DNA of 64,000 nucleotides. Origin: Nymphaea colorata. Lineage: Eukaryota. The notes beneath the pieces were generated by a model. The model did not search any database, was not told the DNA's origin, and saw only the letters and a program-made list of their open reading frames with translations. The DNA lies in the NCBI RefSeq assembly GCF_008831285.2, contig NC_045138.2, positions 16,988,001 through 17,052,000 of the forward strand, given 5' to 3'. Below are positions 38,062 to 51,696 of this stretch, piece by piece (position 1 is the first letter of the stretch; every line of letters begins with the position of its first letter). A program made the translations under genes and the position numbers.

Positions 38062-41000
38062 ATGATAGCAACCACTCTGAATCCCGCCATTTTTAAGCTC
38101 AGACACCCACAAAATCCCTTCAAACCAACTAAATTAAGGTACCCATTCGCCGCGATCAACAGCAAGGCTGAACAGAGCAAGGAGAGTGGCACTGGCACCA
38201 GCAGACGAGGAGGTGCAGTGGAAGATAACCCAAAATCTGGAAATGGAAACGGAAGAAGACCACCCATCAGAAAGAGCAAGGGGAAAAGGGGCGCCTACGG
38301 CACCTCCAGGAAGTCAATCCTCAAGAAATCGTTTTCTCAGGAACAGATTTTTTTTACCTCCCCAATTACTGACGACCCTGTGGTCGCCATCATCGGCGGA
38401 GGCATCTCCGGCATCGTCTGTGCACTCGCGCTCGAGAAAAGAGGAATCAGGTCGACCGTCTTTGATACGGTTAGTTTCTGTTTTCTTGAGAACGTTCCAT
38501 TTTTTTCTCCTTGGTGCTTTGGCAGATCAATTGATTGTTAGTGTCGAGTTGGGTATTCGTGGAATTTGTTCTCGAGGTGTACCGCTTAGAGGCTTATGGG
38601 CTGTCCATTCTTTGGCTGATGAGACATCTTCGAAGGTAGTGACTCCGGGTTCTCTAACCATCTCAAACTAGTTTTACTATTCAGAAAGCAATGATTTTGT
38701 GGTTTATAGCTTCGTAAAGTAGAAATAAGTTTTTTAAGATGGTTAGAGAGCAGCTGCTTTGTTGACATTTAGCTTACGTTGTATAGTATTGATGCTATTT
38801 GCTATAGGGTCACTTTTCAGATGGATATGGCACAGGACTACAAAACACTGTAGTCAAGGCATAGTCGAAGATGAAAGAACAACGAAAATTCGTGACTATT
38901 GTATGTTAATGATTCTTCTGGTATTTGGCCTTTAACTAGTTTGAACTTGCAATGTTTCAGGGAATGCATGGCTTAGGAGGAAGATTGGGAACCAGGACGA
39001 TTGATTCACAGCCTTTGGTGTTTGATCATGCAGCGCAATTTTTCACTGCAAGCGACCCTCGTTTTAGAGAATTGGTCGACGGGTGGTTGGAGAAAAGCCT
39101 GGTTCGTGAGTGGAATGGGCAGATTGGTGAACTGGAAGCTGGGCGTTTTATTCCATATCCTTCAACGCCTGTCAAATATGTTGGAGTCCATGGAATGCGC
39201 CCTCTTGCCGATTCAATTCTTTCTCAGGTTTATTGTGAACCAAACTCTTCCTTGTAAAGGTTCTTAATTTTTCTTGCTACTTAATAGTTAATAGTCTTAT
39301 TATTTGTTAGTGTCGTGAAAGCTCTAAATACAGGATTTCCTTCTCTTGTAACGTAAGACTAGTTAGTTGCATGTCATGAAATTATCTGGTTACTTCAAAT
39401 TCTTAAATAAAGGGACTCAGTGCTTTACTGCTTCTCAAGAGAATACTTCTATCATTCTATGAATTTGTATGAAAGCTTCAATCCAGAAATTCCAGAACTA
39501 CCTGATTTACTGTATTCCAAAGTCATGGAAATATCCAGCGGTCTGCAAGATCTTAAGATTACCATGAGAATTTCATCAAAGGGTGGATCAGTTATTTCAT
39601 ACTGATATCTGGAAGTCACCTTTGATCTTTGATGTCTCCACGTGCTGCTCATTGCATAGATTTGATGTTTGAGGATATTGGCAAAACGAGAATTTCTGAA
39701 GATACAATTAAGAATGCCAAGCGTATCTACGTATAGAATCACATTGGGTCTTAACTTGATGAGAAAGCATACAGAGGAGAACTGTTGTGCCTCAAATCAC
39801 TTGCACACCATACCTTATTTCCAGAGAATTGAATGTGCTAAGGGGTTCAATGATATAACATGAGATATCTTTCATGTTAATGCAATGTTACATTGTCAAT
39901 TCTTGAACGTAATATTTGTCTTCAATCCATATTTCTTCACAATAGCTTTTAAACTTCTGAAAATATAATTAAAAAAAAATTAAAAACGATTGCTTCTTTT
40001 ACTTGATTAAACTAATAATGATTTTGCAGAGCACTGCAGCCAGTGTGGTAAGGCCTTGCTGGATAAGCACATTGGAGCCATACAATGGGATGTGGCATCT
40101 AAGTGAGAACGGGAAGCCAAGAGGCCAGTTTGATGCAATTGTCATTGCACATAATGGTAAACCTGATTGCGAGCTTCCAACTTTCCAGCTATAGTCTTTT
40201 ATTAAGAGTTTTCTCCAATTCTGTGAATGATCAAGTGCAAAACTATTTTTTGTGAAATCTCCTGTACAGAAGATGCCATTCTTATACTCATGTTTATGCA
40301 ATCATGAAGGCGGAAGAGATTTACGTGTGTTTTTGTGTGTCTGTATGAGCATGTGTTTATCTTACTTTTGTTTATTTTCTTTTTTCTTCTTTTTCAGGTA
40401 ATCTGAAGCAAATGGCTTGGAGTTTGTCTGTGGTTTGTCTTGTTCTTTAAGGCTTTCCTCATTTGATTGTTGAGCATATGGTTCCTCCAACAGGGAAATG
40501 TGCAAACCGCCTGCTCTCTTTGTCTGGGCTGCCTCTTATTGCAAGACAAATGAAGGTGAACACAGATACTGGTCAATTACAGTGCTATCTTTTGGGGAAC
40601 AAATAGTCCTAACCTTCATTCCATTTCAGTTCTCTTTTTTGATAGATGCCATGCATCTAAATGGCTGAAACTTGGTTTTGCAGAGACTTGAACTGAGTTC
40701 AATTTGGGCTCTTCTTGCGGCATTTGAAGAACCTTTGTCACTACAGAGCCATTCATCCATTCCATTTGAAGGAGCATTTGTTCGAGGAGATGATGCACTT
40801 TCATGGATGGCTAACAACACTAAGAAACTATTCCCCTTGCAAAGTCATCGACCTGAATGCTGGACGTTTTTCAGCAGTGCTGCATATGGGAAGCGAAACA
40901 AAGTTCCACAGGTTGTTGGACTATTTCTTGCCTTCCTTTTCTTGTTAATAATTAACAACGATCTTACCAACAAGATTGGTGTTTTCTCTGTTGCTTTATT

Positions 41001-42613
41001 AATGTAACTAAGGGAATTCTCATCGGATCCTATAGCTTTTCCTTCCCCTGAGTAACCTGAAAATTGTCATACAAATCTGACACTTAAAAAACACTCAAAT
41101 ATGACTGTCAGTTTTGTTGTCATAACCAGGAAAATATTCCAAATGTTACAGCAGAGAAGGTTAAAAAGGAAATGCTTCGAGGTGTGGAGATTTCTCTGGG
41201 ATTGCCTACAGGATCCCTTCCACAACCTATATACACTCGTCTTCAACTATGGCAAGTTGCTGTTTGAGCGTTTTAAGTTTGGCTTTTCGTTACAGTAAGT
41301 GTGCTTCAGTTACCTACTATTGCTGGCGTTTACAGGGGTGCAGCTCTTCCAACTAACACGCCTGGGCTACCTTGCATCTTTGACCCACATGGACGAGCAG
41401 GAATATGTGGTGATTGGCTTCTGGGTTCGAGTGTAGAGGCAGCATCATTGAGTGGAATGGCTCTTGCAAATCATGTAGACCTTCCTCTTTCCACTAGATA
41501 GTTGAAACTTGAGTGTAATTTATGAAGCATCTTTATTGAATACATGGGTTTTTTTGTAGGCTTTCATTTATTCATAGCAGAACACAATTCTCTCGATATT
41601 CCTAACTAGCTAACCTCTTCTTATTCTTCGTTAAGGGACAAAACCTTGTGTTGGTCAAACGGCTTTGTTTTCTTAACTGGCATATTTGACTTGGTGGTGA
41701 TCTAGTTACTTACCGCATTGAAGTTTTAGTAGCCTTCTTATGAGCATATCTTGGAAATGTATTCTTGCCCCTGTATCATATGCTTCATGGCTACGTAATT
41801 ACATGTAAAACATTCATTGATGATATCTTGCCGTCTTGGATGTAATCTAAGCTAGTCCAGTATCAGTATGCCATAGAAAATGAAGGTGTCGAATACAACT
41901 CCAGAAGCCAAAACTGTCAAGCCATGTTGGCATCCTAACCAGCAGAATCCATTTTCAACTGTTCAGCATCCATTGGTTTTGCTTAACTCTGTTGAGTTGC
42001 TCAGTCACTTGGAAGCAAAGAGTGCTTTCTAGACAACCCATTTGATGAACTGATGTTTCTGTGCTTTCTCAGATTGCTGATTTCATTCGGAGTGGTGGAG
42101 CACAGCCGGAGGACTTTGCTGTTGGTCTACTTGATGAGTTTCACCCTATCAAGGGGCACGACATAGGACAGTTTCCTGGGCTAGATACAAAAGAGGAGGT
42201 AATTGATATTATTCTTTACATACCCACATTACAAATGCAGTAGCTGGAGCTGGTAAACGAACAGCGTAGCTCATTGTTTGTCCATGCTCCTCATGAAAAC
42301 ATGCTGAATACGAGATCATTTGTTTATATAAACAAGCCATCGGCTAGGCTCGTATGGCATCATTCACGGCACCTTATGCGACTTAATATCAAAGCAATAA
42401 GGAGATGTCTATTTGGTAGGCTTGCAAAGGGCATGATGAACATAGACACCTCTCTAACTACTAATTAACAGGTTCGTGCGCCTAAAATTCTTGGTGGTTT
42501 GGACTCTTCCGAGGAAAGAATAATTTTTTGGCGTCCATTTAACACAGATGCAACTTGCCATTATTTGACAAATTGTCATTTTGTTTCAGGTTTCAGCAGT
42601 GCTGACGATGTAG
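38062..42613 (+). CDS. Renalase-like FAD/NAD(P)-binding oxidoreductase, probably plastid-targeted
   Basis: Exons 38062-38469, 38961-39227, 40030-40156, 40494-40555, 40684-40911, 41130-41251, 41336-41474, 42073-42198 and a tentative last exon 42590-42613 (unspliced read-through would stop at 42243). Motifs VAIIGGGISG (Rossmann), GLGGRLGTR, FDHAAQFF, LWGAALP, ICGDWLLGSSVEAASLSG; basic transit-peptide-like N-terminus. Confidence 0.9.
41252..41335 (+). other. GC-AG intron
   Basis: TG|GCAAGT...TACAG|G is needed to give the conserved QLWGAALP. Confidence 0.85.
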
Positions 42614-45600
42614 CCTTTAAATTCAAGTACTACTGAGAGACACAAAGTTGGCCAAAGAGAATCAAGAAGCATACGTCAAGAGAGGAGTCTTTGTCACTGG
42701 TGCCTGGAAAGGCACTCCTGGCTCCGGGGTGCTCTTTCTTATTAGTTTTACCGAATTATGGAATTGATTAGAGAGGCAACATTGCTATACGATAAATGGG
42801 TTTAATGTAACAACTTAAATGAAAAAAATGCATGACAAACCTCTACGAGTTAACTGGTCCATTCCAAGTTTCCAACGAAGTCGGTTTATTTCCTTCAAAG
42901 AGCTTATATTGCAGGATCCGATGCAAATATTTACTTATTTATTTTCCTTTTTTCTTGGGGGACGGGTGTGTTGAACCTTGCATCATCAAGTACAATCCGA
43001 AATATTTTTAATATTTTTCAGGCATATCAACCGCCCTCCATGAGCAGTTAACACGTTCAGCGCTCTTCTTTTCGGGATCACGTTTACCATCCCTACCAGT
43101 GGGGAGCATTCAAATAATACCATAGTGGGCCTGAAAAGTAGAAGATGCTAAGCTGTTTCCATAAGAAGGGGAAAGACAAGACTGCCAAGAACATGTTCAG
43201 AAGTGGTGAATGAATTATGAAGACTAGGGTGCTAAAAGACACATGCCAACTAAGCCACAACAGTACCACACCAGCCAACATCTCGCTGTAACGTACCATT
43301 GACAGCCAAAAAAAATGGACCCTAATCAGAGGGGCAGTGATGTGCCCCTCCTGCTGTCAAGAAACCCATCAAATTTGATGGGAGGAAGAAGAGCCTTCAA
43401 GAGTGGCTCCATCATCATTCCCATGTGAACATACAGGAACCAACAATCATGGTAGTTAAACACCGTGACTCGTGGATGAACATCATGCATGGCAGAAAGC
43501 GAACAAAGTACCAAAACCCAGCATTTCAGCAGGGCCCATATGATAAAATTGAGAACATGTAACCCCTTTTTGCTAGATTCCTAGCACTAAAATTATGAAC
43601 ATATGAACAAAGAGAAGGATTTCATAGGGTACAGTGTCCACTTAACGTCGGTTTCTTTAACGCGCGAACTGCTATATGAACTCAGGAAAAGTAAGAGCTT
43701 TACTGCTGTTTTTTTACTGGAAAAACAAACATCTTGCTCACCACCGATGGAAGCTTGTGGGGCATCAGATGCAATGCAGAGTTTCATTCTTGCAGTTTCT
43801 ATCATAAGAAATCCAGAATACAGAATTTGCTGCAAAACTGCTTCATTCTGTAACCTTAAGCAAACAGGATTCTGGAAACTAATGCAGGCAAAAGAAAAGT
43901 ATGATTAACGCACATCCTACAAGATGATTCACTACATCCTGCAAAAGATGGAAAATAATAATTTCACGTGAAGCAATGAATCTTTCCAGTTTTCCCTTTT
44001 TTTGCTCCTTTGCAGGGAAAAAAGGTTGACTACCAGCAGTGTAGTATATGCACATCATACATAGGACCACTAGCTAGCACACAAAGGCATTCCATTATTA
44101 GATTATCAGGACATGCTTGTGGCCGTAACAAGTCCAGGCATATCAGATCCACATGACAAAGTTCCAAGATTTCTGCTTTACAGAGGAAATGCAGTTGCAG
44201 TACCATATGTTCCCCTCTTGTTACTCCTCACAGGCATGCAAAAGCATGCCAAGAAGAATGATATCTCAACTTTTAACAAATGAACCTCCATTGAACGGTC
44301 GACTTCCATGCTCTTTCTTGAACTCAGCATGCCAGCTTCAACACTCATCATTTCCCTTCCCTGGCTTATTGGTGCGGGCTTTGTCTCTATAAAGCCAATG
44401 TTTGCTTCTAACTGTGTTCTGTGGATGACTTCCTGCATATTATTGATTCGCTAATGCAGTTCACTGACCCTGCCTCAACTCTTTCATGGATTTTCTGTAA
44501 TACTTGCTGTTTGCCATACCACCCCAAACCAACATCCTATTACAACTCCGGTAACTAAGTTTTATCTCAATCCAAAAAAATAATGAGCTACCTTTAGTCA
44601 CATCATAGTTTTAGTTTGTCAGGCTTATGAAAGCAAATATTCGGGAAAATATATCGGTTATCAATTAGCAATTTTTGAGTCGCCAGATCAGTGAAACCTT
44701 AATAACCTTGCCTCCTACCTGCAACCTAATAAAGTCATCTTGTATAACCGTTTACTTCTTTTTTCTACTGTAGCCTCATCTACATGGTAAAGATAAAAAT
44801 CAGATAAATATGTGCCTCTAAAATATCCATCTAGTCCACAGCTAGTATTCACTTTAATCTGAACTTGGAAAGTCATGTCAACACACACAGTGATCATTTT
44901 TCCATCTGTGGACCTTGCTCTGAGTAATAAAAAACTGCAGTATCTCTTGAACTCTGAAGATTGCGGAAATGGCTCTCATGTAAATGATTTAGATATTTAT
45001 GTTCAAAAAATAGATCGTCTAAAAGTTCAATAGATAATCTAACCACTGATTTTAGGTGTACTACTGTTCTCCAATATTAGCTTATAAATGTCATCTCCTG
45101 ACTAACAGAATTAGCCACTTTACATGGTCATGCTGCACACGAGTCACACAACTGTCCAAATATCGTTACCTGGATAACAAAAGTAGCCACTCATTCTATA
45201 TAATTTTGAACTGTCCAGCAGCAAATTATTGCATGATTGTGCTCAACTTAATCTGCCTGAGAACACGTAAAGTATAATTTCAAGATTACACCAAATAGTT
45301 ATTCGTTATCTTTAGACAACAAATTCCTTTTCTTAAGTAAAAAAACTTACCGTCATTCCATAACTTTATGGTCCCGAGATAGCCCTGGCATACTCTTTCT
45401 CCATATACGTATCCTATTTTTTAGGACAAAACGATGATTCATTCTCAACCTTATTTAACGCGTCCCTCTTCAAGAGACATTGAAAACAGGATGCATCAAA
45501 GGATAGCGCAAGGAATGGACACGAAAGGCAATGTTTCACGATGCAAGAAACCTACACTCTAGTGTATCATTAAACACCCAAGAAAAATGTCAATGTCATG

Positions 45601-46244
45601 CAAAACAAAAGCACATGCTGCGAAATAAAATGAAGAGTAACCGTCCTACAAAATTACAACAACCAATTAAAATTTTGCCCTCAGGTAGTTCCGGGAAGGT
45701 GCCTACTGATGGAGCCCAATTGAGAGACGGACTGAGTAAATTCTCAAGAACTTGTTCACAACGATTCATCAAGGAAAGACAGTTCGATCTCATGAAAATT
45801 TGTAACATATTTCACATAACGCGACTTGGCCCATGAAACACCATATAAAGTATTCTCTCGCATAACAAGAGGGAGAAAAGCAACAAAAGAATTAAGAAAC
45901 AAGGAAGGATTACGGAACGCAACTTGTGCAAGAGGGAGGAAAGAAATAATACATTGATTTCCCTCAAACAAAAAGACAAGCAGACGCTTCTTTATGCCAT
46001 GTTACACACATAACGCACCCAAAGAAAAAATACAATGTCAAGTGACAACCAGAGTAGATCCTCAAAAAACCAACAAAATCAAAATGGAAGCATAAGGAAC
46101 GGACGAAAAAAGGGAAAGAAATGAAACTAAGTTACATTTTAAACTGGTTCAATTACACCAACATACGAATTTAGGGTTGGAAAGAGGGGAAAGGGGAGGA
46201 GGGGGAGGGGGAAGAGGTTTGTGGCGGAAGACATCTTAGAGAAA

Positions 46245-46850
46245 TCAAACTCTACTGTACGTATGCATCGAACCGACTACAGATAACAAACCTCCGCCTG
46301 CAGCCTCCTGCTCGTCCAGAAAATGGTCATCCGTCGACCTGAACGCCGCATGTACCAGAACAACCGCAGCCCCGATAAGAAGGGAGACCAGCACGTTCAA
46401 AGTCACTTTCGTCAAGAGCAGAGCAACAATCGTCACAACAGAGAGGACGGCGAGCACCACACGGTCATCCAGAGTCCGGCCTAGGAGCACAAGCGGGTCG
46501 TCGCGGAAGAAGTACAGCAAGAACCAGGCGACGAAGACGACGATGAAGACGATGAGAGAGATTGGGTGCCAGAGGAGGCTGAGGAAGAGGATCAGGAGGA
46601 AGATCATGGCGTAGTTGACGCGGAAGTAGGAGAGATTCCTCTGGATCCGTGCGAATGCTTCGCCGAAGCTCAACGGGCGGGAGAACGCCGTCAGATTCAC
46701 GAGCTCGCGCCATGGTTTCCGTGTGGCCATGACTGATCTACCCCTCTCTTTGGCCCGAGAGACGAAGTCCGCGGCCGTCGTAGCGGCTGAGGGGGAGGAA
46801 GAGTATGGGGCAGAGGATGACGGAAGCGTCCCGTAGCCGGACGATGCCAT
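46245..46850 (-). CDS. PRA1: PRA1 (prenylated Rab acceptor) family protein, intact, intronless, 201 aa
   Basis: ATG at 46850; RKPWREL...FSRP...[10 protein letters not shown]...[10 protein letters not shown]...[10 protein letters not shown]...[10 protein letters not shown] are PRA1 motifs. Confidence 0.96.
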   Translation of the reverse strand: MASSGYGTLPSSSAPYSSSPSAATTAADFVSRAKERGRSVMATRKPWRELVNLTAFSRPLSFGEAFARIQRNLSYFRVNYAMIFLLILFLSLLWHPISLIVFIVVFVAWFLLYFFRDDPLVLLGRTLDDRVVLAVLSVVTIVALLLTKVTLNVLVSLLIGAAVVLVHAAFRSTDDHFLDEQEAAGGGLLSVVGSMHTYSRV

Positions 46851-48404
46851 CGCCAAGAGAGAGAGAGAGAGAGGAATCTACGATCTGGGTATTTGATGTG
46901 AAGAACGGCTAGCGGCCTATCGCTAGGGCTGCCCACGATTTCCGGCTATAGGAAGGACCTTCTCCAGCCAACGGCGACGGAGGAACCGTTGAGGGATCAC
47001 GGGTAGAATCCGCGGTCACAGAGGTGGAAGAAATGACACGAAGCGGAAAGCTTACTCTTGAAGAAAGAGCCTTGTTAAATCACGTCTGCTTTTTGTTCAA
47101 ATCACAAAACGAGTATTCTCCTCTTGCTACTATATTCTAATGAAATTACGAGAGCACGGCTGAGCATTTCACTTTTCGACTCCGACCTCTCTTTCTCTAC
47201 GGAACAAGCGTTTTAAAACTAGCAAACAAGCAAAATGAAAAAGATATTGTAAATCAGAAACTAAAACTTTCTGCAGCAAGAGGCAGCCAAGCCAACCTAA
47301 GCTGGTAGTAGCTCTCAAATTACATAAAAAATCGAAAGGAAACAAGATTAATTACCTTCAATAAAAAAGATAAGCCCAGTGAAGGCCCATTTTACATCCG
47401 CACTTTTAAGTTTTTAACTGATTATAGCATTTTCCCTTCACAATGAGATACACAAGTAGAGATGAAAATGGCCAGCATAAGATCAGAGTCATCTGCACAC
47501 CTGATTGGTTTGAAAATGTCTTCCATAATAGTTTCGAAGATCATATTATAAAGATTCTCGAACTATCTCAGGAATTCGACGTCATTTGCATGAGAAACTT
47601 TCAGGAGTTCAAAATCTCAACAAGAGTTTAATTCCACAGCTCTTTTGCGTTTTACCACTTCCTCCGTATCCGCATCAAACGAGAATGCGAGGATTAAAGA
47701 CAACCTTTCAAAGCCAGAACTCAAAAAATGGCATTGTTTCCAAGAACAGCAGGAAGAAGTTCCATCCACACTCTGCTGCAACGTGCTTCCCATGCCTATG
47801 CAGCAGCAATGAGATGATCAGCACCAATCCCATAAAAGTAGACGACAAAGGTGGAAATTCAGACTGACAAATCAGGGAACCCTGTTATTGGAAAAACCCC
47901 AGTCATAGACTCCTAGAAAAATTTCGACGCTCGCCGTATACAACTACGCACTAGAAAAGAAAAAGCCCGTGTTTGGCCACTTGGAAAATGTGATTTAACT
48001 AGCCATGGGTACAAGCACGAGGAAACAGCAAGAAACATAAGGCGCCATGAGTATATTTGGTCCAAGAGAAGTCCAGAACAGTAACGTATAAAGAGAAGAA
48101 GGAGAAACTGAACAAATACCTTGATTTTTTTCTTGAAAAGGAAAAAGCAACTACATCCTTTCACGTGATCCTCGCAAGTAGATACGGCAACGGAAGAAAA
48201 ACTCAATAACAAATGAGCTCTCAAAGAGATCTCTCAACCATAAAAAATAAAATAAAATCACAACCGAAGAAAGAGTATAGGAAGGAACTAGTACCGACCT
48301 AAACTGGTCCCGTTACAACAAAAAAAGAAACAAGAATTTTAGGGGCAGAAAGACTCGGAAAATGAAGAGAAAAAAGAGCAAATGAAAGGGTCACCTCATC
48401 GCAT

Positions 48405-49012
48405 TCATACTCTAGAGTACGAATGCATCGAACCGACTACAGAGAACAACCCTCCGTCTGCGGCTTCCTGCTCATCGAGAAACAGGTCATCCGTGGACCT
48501 AAACGCAGCGTGTATCAGAACTATCGCAGCCCCAAGGAGGACGGATACCAGAACATTCAAGGTCACGTCAGTCAAGAGAAGCACGAGGATCGTCACCACG
48601 GACAGCACGGCGAGCACCAGGCGATCATCTACCGTCCGGCCGAGGAGCACGAGAGGCTCGTCGCGGAAGAAGTACAGCAAGAACCAGGCGACAAAAACGA
48701 CGATGAAGACAATAAGGGAGATAGGGGCCCAGAGGAGGCTGAGGAAGAGGAGCATGAGGACGATCATGACATAGTTGACGCGGAAGTAGGCGAGGTTCCT
48801 CTGCATCCGTACGAGCGCCTCGCCGAAGCTCAGAGGGCGCGAAAATGCCGCACGATTTGCAAGCTCGCGCCAGGGCTTCCGAGTAGCGATCGCGGATCTC
48901 CCCCTCTCCTTGGCCCGAGAGATAAAGTCCGTGGCCGGCGAGGGGTCGGAGGGGATGAAGAGGACGGAGCAGAGGGCGCCTGAAGCGTGCCGTAGCCGGA
49001 CTGCGACGCCAT
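48405..49012 (-). CDS. PRA1: PRA1 tandem paralog with an apparent 1-nt frameshift near codon 24 (pseudogene or sequence error)
   Basis: ATG at 49012 gives [24 protein letters not shown], matching the paralog N-terminus, but [12 protein letters not shown]...YSRV* is in another frame. The span is 608 nt; one extra G in gggg (48942-48945) restores a 202-aa ORF. Confidence 0.88.
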
Positions 49013-49477
49013 CTGCGAGAGAGTAGAGCTTCCGGTATATCTTCGACAAGCAGTTTCCAGCCGATCAAGAAGCGATGTCAACGGCTTCCCGGCGCCCGGA
49101 ATTTTATCCGGCGATGCACTCGGAGAAATGCTCGAGGATTCGCAAGCAGAATCAGCGGCGACAGCGACGCGGGAGAAGGGGCGAAACCGAAGGCTTACAA
49201 ATAGAAGCTTGCTATTGGATTGCCACCATGTCTGCCGAAAATTACCAAAATGGGAAACATGGCTGAGCTAATGGGTGACAGGTTCAAGGAGAGCGTATAT
49301 TTTATAATTTTTCTATATCCATGAACAACTTATAGCTTATTGGCATATTCATCCCCCTGAAAATATGAAAATGCAGTTGGCTGTTGTCGTGCTTGGTTTT
49401 TTGCTAGATGTGGAAGCAAACGTCAAACACCAGAAGTCATTGTGAATTTTGAGAAAAAAAAAATAAAAAAACCTACA

Positions 49478-49781
49478 GGTAGCGTTCGGATGCCACTCTA
49501 AAACGGGATTTTGGAGGCCAAACATCATTTTGCTTTTAAAACAGTGTTCCTTAAGTGTTTTGAGTGACATCAAAAATAGGTTTTTTGGAAACTGAGTTTT
49601 GAAAAAATCTAGTTTTCAAAATAGATTGAATCACCCGATCCCCCAAAATTATTCAGAACATGTAGAAGAAAATGTGTTTTGCTGGTCTCGAAACAGGCAC
49701 GAACTAATTTCTAAAAACATTTTTCACAAAATTGATTGTTTGGAAATAGCTTTTTTTTAGAGTGCCGTCCAAACGTGCTCT
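49478..49781. mobile_element. Tourist-like MITE upstream of the PRA1 pair
   Basis: TIRs gcgttcggatgccactctaaaa / ttttagagtgccgtccaaacgt; AT-rich interior. Confidence 0.75.
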
Positions 49782-51696
49782 TAAAAATTATAAAAAATAT
49801 GTATAATATTTACATATTTTTGTTCTCAATGGGGTTTTTTTGTTTTACTTTACATCGTAAACTAATATTTTCTTTTAGTAGGCAATTATTTGAGAATGTC
49901 CTTCGAATGGTTGTTTGTTTCCTTTTGAAAGCTGAGCTGTGATTTGTCATTTCCCTAAATAGACTTCCTGTTATATATATATATATATAGTTTTTAAATA
50001 AGAACACTTGAAAGACAAAAATGTCCTTTAACGTAACATCGGCCGTTACCCGTAACTCTTACGAATTTTTATAATTAATTTGTCTAGTTAAATAACGTAA
50101 CAAATATAACGTTAAAATTTTAAATTGGACACTTGAAAAACCAATGAATCAGTGCAGATGATTCTGTCAATTGCTTGAAACTCAGAGCTGCAACTGGGAA
50201 GCCCAAAAAGAATCCCAGTTTCAGTTGGTTCTTTATAGTTGGCCTCTTATAATAAATGCATGAGACCATATATCTTGATCAATCTAACTGGGAAAAGAAA
50301 GAAACCCAAATAATTGCCACCAAATTCGGCAGATAGCCATTGTCCTCTCACAGGATCTGAGGAGATGTTGCAGACAACTCCCAACAGATATCTTAGCAGA
50401 AAATGGGCAGATACCTTTTGTCATCTTACAAACTTTTCAGAGAAAGTTGTCTAGATCTCAAATTCATGTATCCCAGAGCTGCATGGGCCTCTGGCCCTCT
50501 TCACTACGTTCCATTAAGATCACGACGTCGTTTCTTCGACCAAGCATCGACGCCTCGAACTCGCATCGCAAGATTTTAAATCCATGGATTTGATGTCGCT
50601 CGACATTTGCAGGGACATTAATGGCGTAGCATGGATTCAGGAACTAAATGTGAAAAATAAATGTTGGATTCAGATTTGATTGAGATGGTAAATCCAAAAG
50701 TTGAATACGAATATGATGTATTTAAAAAAAATGTCTTTTATATTTCTAATTTAATATCTCTAGTCCGATTTCCATAACATTGATAGCATAAATGATTCAT
50801 ATCAAAGTCTGATAGATAAGAGTTCAGTTACTAGTTGTTTTCTTATACACATATAGATTTTGTATGTTATGGCTACCTGTGTTCATATTCACATACATAT
50901 ATACATTTGTACGTGTATATCCCAAGAGTATTGAACTTTGAAGTTCTATTTGAAACTTTTTTACCATGCCAATCTAATCATGGTGGCATGTGTGTGAGCA
51001 TGAGAGAGAAAGAACTTTGAAAAGTGTGTGTGTGTATGTGAGAGAGAACTTTGAAGTTCTAGTTGAAACTTTTTTACGATACCGATGAAATCATGGTGGC
51101 GTTGAGTCTGCAGACAGGCTTGGAGACCACTTTATTTGGATCCAAATTGAGAAAAACGAGCATTGAGATGTGAGATATCACAATATTGGTCTACTAAGTC
51201 CATTTGGTGTCATGCTTTTTAATTAATATTGAGTAAAACTTTCTCTTTTTGATTACCAATACAAATGGTCGATGATTGTTGCACGTTCTTGGAACTTGGA
51301 AACGTCCAACTAGAGATATTAAGGAAAACCTCGAAGAAATTATATATCTAACAAACCTTGTTCACCAAAATTGCATTTTGTGGAGCAAGATCTAGCCCTG
51401 CTCGGCCCAAGAATGTTAGGGTTCGGTCCATATATTTTTATACGTGTCAGGCTTGGTTTCAAACCTAGCCAATGTCATACCAGCTAAGAAGTTAGCAGAC
51501 ATTCATTCAAATTTTATCGAATTCAAAATCACAACAAATAGAAGGGTTTAAAATCCATGTTTGAGTCTTTGTTGGCACTTAGTTACAGATTCATCATTGT
51601 CTCTGCTAAAGAACAAATTTTGATATTTACTTAGGTCGCCTTTGATTGCATTGACAATTATGAAGGGTATATAATCGTTTTTTTAGCATTGGTAGG

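Noticed and set aside
43093..44438. Several 60-100-aa ORFs between the oxidoreductase and PRA1
   Set aside because: No recognisable domain or consistent exon chain; a lncRNA or relic cannot be excluded without BLASTX or RNA-seq.
47632..47650. miR396-like start ttccacagct
   Set aside because: Only 10 nt match and no complementary arm.
48382..49068. Long antisense and alternate-frame ORFs over PRA1
   Set aside because: Expected shadows of a GC-rich coding sequence.
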